Source: Octopus sinensis | Taxonomy: Eukaryota | Direction: 5' to 3' | NCBI RefSeq assembly: GCF_006345805.1 | Contig: NW_021828280.1 | Coordinates: 1-8,880 of the forward strand | Length of the DNA stretch: 8,880 bases | In this document: positions 1-6,997 of the stretch, piece by piece | Layout of the letters: each line of letters starts with the position of its first letter | Numbering within the stretch: the first letter of the stretch is position 1 | Notes under the pieces: generated by a model | What the model was told of the DNA's origin: nothing | The model's input: the letters and a program-made list of their open reading frames with translations, nothing else | Databases searched by the model: none | Translations under genes and position numbers: made by a program

Positions 1-226
1 TTACTATCCTCAAGGGGCTAAGCACAGAGAGGACAAACAAGGACAGACAAAGGTATTAAGTCGATTACATCGACCCCAGTGCTTAACTGGTACTTAATTT
101 ATTGACCCCGAAAGGATGAAAGACAAAGTTGACCTCGGCGGAATTTGAACTCAGAACGTAGAGACAGACGAAATACCGCTAAGCATTTCGCCCGGCGTAC
201 TAACGTTTCTGCCAGCTCGCCGCCTT
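1..226 (-). mobile_element. tRNA-derived SINE, 5' head plus central domain, runs off the left edge
   Basis: Minus strand starts AAGGCGGCGAGCTGGCAGAAACGTTAG (A-box-like), has B-box GAGTTCAAATTCC (152-140), then GGTCAACTTTGTCTTTCATCCTTTCGGGGTCAATAAATTAAGTACCAG. The same body recurs in opposite orientation at 2541-3015. The central domain resembles the Meta-type SINE domain (from memory). Confidence 0.88.
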
Positions 227-1517
227 CTAACGTTTAAATATTGAGTTGAAAAAGCTTTTTGGGTAGAAAATGTCGAAGGCTGCCCATTGTACTCGAACCC
301 ACATCTGTAAACACGAAAGACGTTCTGTTCAACTAAATTAATCATTCAGGAATTTCAACCGTGTTTCGTGGTCTGCTACCACAAAAGCTCCTTTATAGGA
401 TCCAGTTAGCTCAAAACATCATCAGGAGGAACCACGTCCGGTTTCGGCCCCTAATCCTCTACGGTTTTGACGTGGCGGCCCCCCCTTTCAGAGGTGTCTT
501 CAGCTCTGGTGTTGGGTGCGTGTCTTCTTTCTTCTTTCTTCTTTCTTCTGTTCCCTGGCCTCTTCGATGTAGCATCAACGATGTCAGCGGGCGACTGTCT
601 TGTCAATTTTTTTCGTTTAAATACCTGCTGCTAGGCTCCAGCAGGCAGCCCCAATAAGTTGTCACGTGACACTGTCTCAACTTTAACTGACCAGTGAAGA
701 CGCGTAGTCTCAGCCCACGCGTTCTCTAAACGATACCGTCATCTGTCAATCAGCGAAGCTAATTCAGTGTCAGCTTGTCTCACCTAGTGATGTTATTTTC
801 CGCCGGCATGTTATGACTGTCAAGACATTTTTGGTCTTACCGCTTCAGCCATATATAGAAGCTGGCTTTTTCGACCGCCTCCTGTACTCTCCTTATTAGT
901 TTTCTCAAGTCCGAGCTAGAAAAAACAAATCTTCTTTTGAATAGCGTTGTCATTTTTCTTTCAATAAGCCCCTAGCCCCCACTGCCAGGTGGTAATACTC
1001 GACATTCCATCCTTGTTCTCTGGTAAGAGATCATGCTGGTAAGAACCAGCGAGATATGTATGTTGTTGGCGTTACAAGAATGAAGAAACTTCGAAAGAAC
1101 ATGAAATAACTATTATTTTAGAATTAGTTTTGTTGTTCTATTAATCATACTTGGATAAATGCATCGTGATTTCTTCATTTCCCGCATAAATTGAAAAAAA
1201 CAAAAGTGCTTATCATGAATGTTGAAGCAATAATTGCATATACAACCAAATCTGTCAAACGTAATACGGTGAGTTGAAAAATTTTGATTAACTGATTCTA
1301 TCTGCACAGTAAGATAAAGATGAGCCATGCAATAAACTGACAAAAAAATTGCTTGTAGATTTTAATCATATCCTTTTGAGGGCGTTGAAAATTTAAAAAT
1401 CGATAAGGGAGATAATTTTAATATAATTATTAAACTGAAGAGCGCAGTATGTTTACTGTCACGTTCTTTGCATTTGCTTTTATATAGACTATCAACGTTT
1501 TTGCTGACGTAACTGTT

Positions 1518-1614
1518 TGCCTGCCTGCCTGCCTATCTACATACCTACCTACCTACCTACTTATCTACCTACATACTTACGTACGTACAAACCTACCTAC
1601 CTACGTACATACAT
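1518..1614. repeat. Compound tetranucleotide microsatellite (GCCT/ACCT/TACG/TACA)
   Basis: Directly visible 4-nt periodicity with drifting motif. Confidence 0.9.
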
Positions 1615-1720
1615 TCAAAAATACCCTGTGGATGTTGAAATTCCAATGAAGGAGCCTTGGATCTAGGATAGAAACCGACTCTTTCTTTATTGGCAGGAAA
1701 TTTTGAAATAAAACTGAATG

Positions 1721-1748
1721 ACATACACACATATATATGTGTATATAC

Positions 1749-1779
<31 letters not shown>

Positions 1780-2043
1780 CATACACACACACTTACATGA
1801 ATTCATACATATATATATGTATATATACATACATACACACACACTTACATGAATTCATACATATATATATACAAACCTGCATACATTCTTACATGCATAC
1901 ATGCGTACATACATACTTGCATGCATACATACATTCATACATACATACATACATACATACATTCATACATACATACATACATACATACATACATACATAC
2001 ATACTACATACATACATACATACGTACATGCGTACGTATGTAT
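1721..2043. repeat. Compound (TA)n/(CA)n/(TACA)n microsatellite with a 52-bp higher-order duplication
   Basis: ACTTACATGAATTCATAC occurs at 1791 and 1843; long TACA run at ~1925-2025. Confidence 0.92.
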
Positions 2044-2082
2044 TTGCATATATCTTTTATCTTAAACCTTTACTTGCTTCAG

Positions 2083-2188
2083 TTACGCCATTTTACATAG
2101 TCATGGACAGGGTATTCAATCTGCCACCGGTTCGGTTCAAGTACCTGATGTTGATAAGCCAGAAAAATGGCGAAACATAGAATTTGGT
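2083..2188 (+). CDS. Candidate internal coding exon of an unidentified host gene (xYAILHSHGQGIQSATGSVQVPDVDKPEKWRNIEFG)
   Basis: Pyrimidine-rich acceptor TATCTTTTATCTTAAACCTTTACTTGCTTCAG (AG 2081-2082) and consensus donor GTGAGT (2189-2194). Only one frame is open across it (1 nt + 35 codons), and the sequence is non-repetitive. Protein not recognised. Confidence 0.5.
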
Positions 2189-2326
2189 GTGAGTCATCTC
2201 GCTTGTCTATGTGAATGACATTCGGTTGTTTTAACAGCCGGCGCTATGAGAAGGTCGCCTCCACTAAGTCGAATTGCGGCCAGTCGGTGAACCATCGAAA
2301 CACATACATCATTGTGTATGTGTTCC

Positions 2327-2371
<45 letters not shown>

Positions 2372-2376
2372 TATAT
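2327..2376. repeat. (TA)n microsatellite
   Basis: Directly visible. Confidence 0.95.
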
Positions 2377-2440
2377 AAGAAAAGTATGAAAATAGAGATA
2401 AATCAATTAATAATTATTTATCAATTACAAAAATAGATAT

Positions 2441-2525
2441 AATCTCTGACAGCTGTTTCGATTCAAACTTTTGAAATAAATTAGAATAATCAAAACATTG
2501 TAAAGTTGAATCTCGTCGGAGGTAG
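2441..2525 (-). ncRNA. Degenerate minimal type-I hammerhead ribozyme, probably a Penelope-like element pLTR remnant
   Basis: Minus strand: CCGACGA (2519-2513; CUGANGA with U4>C), stem II GATTCAA/TTGAATC (2512-2506 with 2466-2460, extendable by CTTT/AAAG), GAAA (2459-2456), palindromic stem III ACAGCTGT, GTC cleavage triplet (2450-2448). Stem I is only partly paired. Confidence 0.6.
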
Positions 2526-2540
2526 AAAAAAGATATACCA

Positions 2541-3015
2541 TTTCGGGGTCGATTAAATAAGTGCCAGTTACGAACTGGGTCAATATAATCGACTTAATCC
2601 GTTTGTCTCCCCTTGTTTGTTCTCTCTGTGTTTAGCCCCTTGTGTGTAGTAAAGAAATAGGTATTTCGACTGCCGTTACGTTCTGAGTTCAAGTTCCGCC
2701 GAGGTCGACTTTGCCTTTCATCCTTTCGGGGTCGATAAATTAAGTACCAGTTACGCACTGGGGTCGATATAATCGACTTAATCCGTTTATCTGTCCTTGT
2801 ATGTCTCCTCTGTGTTTAGCCCCTTGTTGGTAGTAAAGAAATGGGTATTTTGTCTGTCTTTATGTTCTGAGTTCACATTCCGCCAAGGTCGAATGTGCCT
2901 TTCATCCTTTCGGGGTCGATAAATTAAGAGCCAGTTGCCTACTGGGGTCAACCTAATCGAGTGGCCCCCCTCCCCCAAAATTTCGTGCCGTGTGCCTAGA
3001 GTAGAAAAGAATTAT
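2541..3015 (+). mobile_element. 5'-truncated SINE of the same family as 1-226, made of ~2.6 head-to-tail 183-184-bp units
   Basis: TTTCGGGGTCGAT recurs at 2541, 2724 and 2908. Units restart at GGTATTT (2660, 2844) and carry B-box-like GAGTTCAAGTTCC / GAGTTCACATTCC. The last unit ends in a different tail (CCCCCCTCCCCCAAAATTTCG...AGAAAAGAATTAT). Confidence 0.88.
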
Positions 3016-3434
3016 AGACACATTAAATAAAGTAATAACACAAAACGAGACAACAAAAACAACAGACTTTTGTCTTCCCAGGCAGCTTAAAAATACAAGC
3101 GTAGTTACACACCAGAAATAGCAAAACTAATAATGTAAAAAAATAGAAAAACAAATCTATCCCAAAACAGAGACTACCTGAAAAATATTGATGTACATAC
3201 AACTGAAATAAAAATTCAGCCTTAAAACAAGTAAACAAGGAAAATAGAAAAAATATAAAGAAAGTAGCAGTAGAAATGGAAACTAGGAAACGTTTGTATC
3301 CAATATAAAAGAGAAAACAAATGGTTAAAACTTTATTTCAACAGCGACAACGTCATAGCTTCTCCCGTGTGACGTTAAGAACTTTAAATAACATGAGCAC
3401 GTTGCAACAACAGCAGGCAAACGCCGCTTTCATT

Positions 3435-3557
3435 TACATACATAATACATACATACATACATACATACATACATACATACATACATACATACATACATAC
3501 ATACACACATACATACATACATACATACATACATACATACATACATACATACACACA

Positions 3558-3587
<30 letters not shown>
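3435..3587. repeat. (TACA)n microsatellite
   Basis: Near-perfect ~150-bp array. Confidence 0.97.
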
Positions 3588-3589
<2 letters not shown>

Positions 3590-3607
3590 ATTAATTATAT
3601 TTACACC

Positions 3608-3702
3608 TGTATATGAGCATATGTATATATATATGTATATAAGTATATGTGCGTGTACATATATATATATGTGTGTGTATAGATATGTATGTATGTATGT
3701 AT
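3608..3702. repeat. Degenerate (TA)/(TG)/(TATG) microsatellite
   Basis: Directly visible alternating purine-pyrimidine tract. Confidence 0.85.
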
Positions 3703-3726
3703 AATAGAAATATTAAAATTACTAAG

Positions 3727-3904
3727 TCTCTCTAAAAGAGATTACGGCAGCGTTACTGGAAATTAATTGTTATCGCCATATTAATATGGCAGTCTTATAG
3801 ATATAAGACTAAAGCTGTCGTCGATTAGCTCCATGAGGCCATCGCCTTAAGCTAGCTATTTGACACACAAACTGTGTCCATTATAACCTTCGAACAAGGT
3901 TATA
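3727..3904 (+). other. Densely structured multi-hairpin element of unknown class
   Basis: Seven stems read by hand: TCTCT/AGAGA; ACGGCAGC/GCTGTCGT enclosing GCCATATTAATATGGC and AGTCTTAT/ATAAGACT; TAGCT..GAGGC/GCCTT..AGCTA; GACACA/TGTGTC; TATAACCTT/AAGGTTATA. G-U pairs favour the + strand. Confidence 0.55.
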
Positions 3905-4002
3905 TATATATATATAATAACAAAATAATAAATATAACATATGCATAGACACATACATATATGTACGTACCTACATATATATGTATATATACATGCATAT
4001 AT
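3901..4002. repeat. Degenerate (TA)/(CATA) microsatellite
   Basis: Directly visible. Confidence 0.8.
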
Positions 4003-4130
4003 GGGTACAGGACACAAAGAAAAACGGAAACGGACATTTTTTAAACAACGAAAAAACAAAGTACACGACATACAACACAAGGAAAATTCCCCTTCTTCAG
4101 CCACCCCTGCTTCGTCTACTCCGTGTTATA

Positions 4131-4413
4131 TACGAACAGCCTTGGAGCGGTCAAAATGGAGATCGTTGTGGCAAAATACTTTTAGAAACTTTATTTCAAC
4201 CAGCGTTAACAGGCTTCGAGGTGCAAGGCAGAGGGGAAAAGTGGTTGTAAATATACCACCTGCACTGACCTGTAATCTTCATACTTGCAGGATCTGTGGG
4301 CTTCTTTGCAAATCGATGGCGGGACTTAAATCTCACATTCGACATAAGCATTATGACTGACGAAGGAGTAGGTTGTCGGCTCCTCATACGTCGAAACTGA
4401 CGGGAGAGTCCAT
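4131..4413 (+). mobile_element. 3' fragment of an RTE-type LINE (ORF C-terminus with C2H2 finger, short 3' UTR)
   Basis: Peptide ALERSKWRSLW...RQRGK...TCRICGLLCKSMAGLKSHIRHKH* (stop 4358-4360) matches the A.DR..WR ... CxxC...GLxSHxRxH ending typical of RTE ORFs. The ~50-nt UTR has a CGTC-GAAACT-GACG hairpin and runs into a (CA)n tail. The 5' boundary is approximate. Confidence 0.78.
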
Positions 4414-4447
4414 CACACACACACACCACACACACACGCACACACAC

Positions 4448-4505
<58 letters not shown>

Positions 4506-4527
4506 ATAATATATATATATATATATA
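4414..4527. repeat. (CA)n followed by (TA)n microsatellite, possible LINE tail
   Basis: Directly visible; abuts the RTE 3' UTR. Confidence 0.95.
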
Positions 4528-4729
4528 GTGACAATTTACAAAAAAAACAAAAGACGAAGACGGGTGTATAAACAACAAACAGATGTATTAGTTTAACGCT
4601 TGGGAAGTGAGAAAGTTTCGACAGGAAGGAACACAGAAATGAACAGAAATTTCTAGAGAAAATAGGAAAAGTTTGAGTGGCTAGCGATCTATCATGGCAA
4701 ATGCCGGACAGAGGGATCACACAGAAGAG

Positions 4730-5335
4730 CTAGGAAGAAGGGGAGATAATAAAGTAGTGGAGATAGTAAAGTGGTGGTGATCCCAAAACGAAGGTGCGCG
4801 TGCGTGTCTATGTGAGAGCGTGTATGTGCGTGTAGAAGGGGGCTGGTGACATTGACGTGTGCGTGTGCACCTGTGTAGGTATATGGATGATGGCGTAGGT
4901 GCTGGGACGTGGTCAGTGCTAGTGCGTGCGTGCGTGATGGTGTGATGTGGTGTGGTATTGTGGTGTGTGGTTTGGTGGTGTGTGGTGGTGTGGTGGTGTG
5001 GTGGTGTGTGGTTTGGTGGTGTGTCGTGTGGTTGTGTGGGGTGGTGGTGTGAGTTGTAGTGGTGTGTGGTGTGGTGGTGTTGGGGTGTAGGGGATGCGAG
5101 AGTCGGGGAAGCAAGGGTGGGGTCTAAGGGATGGGGTGGAATGGGATGAGATGTATAGTGATGGTGGGGTTGGAATGTGTAGGGGTGGGGTAACGACGGA
5201 GGGGGTGACGATGAAGGGAGAGGATAGAAATGAGAGGATAGAAGGGAGAAGGTAGTAGGAGTGAGAAGGGAAGTAGGTGTGAGATGAGAGGAGAGAGGAG
5301 GAGGGTTAGATGAGAGGGGAGGAGAGTTGAGCCCA
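4730..5335 (+). repeat. Strand-asymmetric low-complexity tract (GT-rich, then GA-rich) with G-quadruplex motif
   Basis: GTG/GTGTG degenerate repeats at ~4935-5085 are almost C-free; six G3-4 runs lie at 5105-5145; a polypurine GA tract lies at ~5210-5330. Confidence 0.85.
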
Positions 5336-5355
5336 TGTGATGCAAAGGAGCGAAC

Positions 5356-5421
5356 ATACAAACACACACACACATACACACACAGACACACACACACACA
5401 CACCACCACATATATATATAT
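5356..5421. repeat. (CA)n/(TA)n microsatellite
   Basis: Directly visible. Confidence 0.92.
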
Positions 5422-5424
5422 CCC

Positions 5425-5721
5425 CACCGTGATCACCGTGACTGACCAGGCTATCAGATGTTGCTACACATCGCTGGTCACAATGCGCTTCGCATTGTTT
5501 TAGCCTTCAAATGACGCCACCCCGCTGGCTAAGCGAGCAGGCCAACAAGAAGACTGAATGAGAGAAAGTTGTGGCAAGAGAGTACAACATGGATTGCACC
5601 CGCTCCCTGCCGTAGCCTTGTGGAGTTTTAGGTGTTTTAGCTCAATAAACCACTCACAACGTCCGGTCTGGGAATCGAAACCGCGAGTCTGCTGCCCAAA
5701 CCACTGGGCCATTTCGCCTCC
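5425..5721 (-). mobile_element. Second tRNA-derived SINE family, near full length, with shortened tRNA head
   Basis: Minus strand begins GGAGGCGAAA; A-box TGGCCCAGTGG (5711-5701); B-box-like GGTTTCGATTCC (5682-5671); 3' end has tandem TCACGGTGA-TCACGGTG. It is ~300 bp and sits between CA arrays. Confidence 0.8.
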
Positions 5722-5724
5722 AGA

Positions 5725-5748
5725 CACACACACACACACACACACACA
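5725..5748. repeat. (CA)n microsatellite
   Basis: Directly visible. Confidence 0.95.
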
Positions 5749-6116
5749 TGTTTGTATGTTCTCTACCGTTTATAATTATTTAAATTCTTCCTCTGAGAAA
5801 AGAGGTGGTTTCAAACGAAAATACAAAGTTCTATAACAAAAACCTTGTCACATATTAAACTTGAGGAAAGTCTTGCATATTTTTACTGTTCCACTTACAG
5901 ATTGTATTTGTAATGTAGGAGTTAGTTGGTCGATTTCTTTTTCTGAAAACCTTCTCGTATACAGATTCTCCCCTAGACACTCACAAAACCAAGAACACCG
6001 ATTGTTTTTTTTATAATTAACTTTTTTCTTTCCAGTTATCCCTGCTATAATTTAACACAGCACGGCCAGGGGACTGTGAAGTCGTGTATAAAACAAATGG
6101 AGAACAGGACATTTTA

Positions 6117-6677
6117 TTGGGTTGTCCGGAAAGTTCGATTTTTAAAGGAAAGAAAAAAGTCAATAGATACTTGCCATTACATTTTTAATCAACCAAATAT
6201 GAACCATTTTGTTGCACAATGCGTCTCCATCTTTCCTTTAACATGAAAATACTATCTTCCCAGAAATGAGGTGGTTTCATGGCAAAGAATTCATCAAGGT
6301 ATCTTTTTACGTCATACAAGGAATTGAAACGTTTACCATTAAGACTATTCTGCAGACACCTGAGTAAGTGGAAATCCGAAGGAGCAATATCTGGTGAATA
6401 TGGAGGGTGGGGTAACACATCCCAGCCGAACTGCAGCAAGTTGTGTCTGGTTCCCAAAGCATCAAGTGCCGAAAATGAACTTTTTTATCTTCCATTTTAA
6501 AGGGTTACAGAATTAACACAGGTTATAGGAACATAAATCTTCTTCCAAGAAAAGATAGCTTAAACTGTGCTCTAAATGGAGGTGTAGTCAAATCCTATTT
6601 TATGGACTCAACCATGTTCTAAAATAAGTCGAAATGTAAGCTACTATAAATCGGCACGAACTTTCCGGACAACCCAA
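6117..6677 (-). mobile_element. Internally deleted non-autonomous mariner DNA transposon (mellifera-subfamily-like), 561 bp
   Basis: Perfect 21-bp TIRs TTGGGTTGTCCGGAAAGTTCG (6117-6137 and 6677-6657), TA duplication at 6115-6116 and 6678-6679, and transposase remnants inside. Confidence 0.95.
6185..6495 (-). pseudogene. Mariner transposase remnant: N-terminal ~15 aa fused out of frame to C-terminal ~88 aa
   Basis: MEDKKVHFRHLMLWE (mellifera-like N-terminus), then in another frame GWDVLPHPPYSPDIAPSDFHL...ERWRRIVQQNGSYLVD* with the YSPDLAPSD motif. The HTH domain, WVPHEL and the first two catalytic Asp are missing. Confidence 0.93.
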
Positions 6678-6877
6678 TATTTTCAAAAGAAAGAAAAAGA
6701 GAAAGCAAAGAAAGAAAATAATAATAAATAAAAAATAAATAAATGGAATAAAATGAAATAGACTACACACTATTACACATTCACTCGTCAATCACACAAG
6801 AAGAGAACCCCACTTGTTGGTATAGTTGTGAAATTATAATCTGGGTTCAGAAGCTGGAGGTTTCAAAGCAGTTGGCC

Positions 6878-6997
6878 ATGTATGTATGTATGTATGTATG
6901 TATGTATGTATGTATGTATGTATGCATGTATGCATGTATGCATGTATGTATGTATGTATGTATGTATGTATGTATGTATGTATGTATGTATGTATGT
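6878..6997. repeat. (TATG)n = (TACA)n on minus strand, at the 3' side of the RLE retrotransposon
   Basis: Directly visible, with three CATG variant units. Confidence 0.97.

Noticed and set aside
363-503. Two CTGANGA...GAAAC pairs on the minus strand (CTGAAGA 503-497 with GAAAC 445-441; CTGATGA 425-419 with GAAAC 367-363) suggesting tandem hammerheads
   Set aside because: Neither has a stem II closing directly onto GAAA or a convincing stem I; the first has GAC instead of a UH cleavage site.
361-657. 98-aa + strand ORF
   Set aside because: GTG start, low-complexity F/S stretch from a CTTT repeat, no recognisable domain and no splice support.
1593-2100. ORFs rich in YIHT/MYVC/IYIY (also 3321-3590, 6834-7132, 7782-8003, 8133-8377)
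   Set aside because: Translations of stop-free TACA/TA/TATC microsatellites.
2195-2305. GC-richer unique stretch next to the candidate exon
   Set aside because: No motif, structure or convincing reading frame that I can assign; it may be an unrecognised repeat fragment.
2541-3015. Regularly spaced repeats resembling a CRISPR array
   Set aside because: Whole 183-184-bp units are repeated with no unique spacers; eukaryotic SINE sequence with no cas genes.
3941-4360. 139-aa ORF as a host C2H2 zinc-finger gene
   Set aside because: The N-terminus is microsatellite and flank read-through; the finger is the RTE LINE C-terminus.
4692-5436. Long His/Thr/Pro-rich minus-strand ORFs (140, 239 and 95 aa)
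   Set aside because: They arise from the C/A-rich low-complexity strand, which rarely forms stop codons.
5660-5721. tRNA gene (also 135-226)
   Set aside because: A/B boxes are present, but there is no complete cloverleaf and both continue into SINE bodies.
6185-6457. Functional transposase or SETMAR-like domesticated gene
   Set aside because: Only the C-terminal fragment remains, the DNA-binding domain and two catalytic residues are deleted, and it lies between TIRs.
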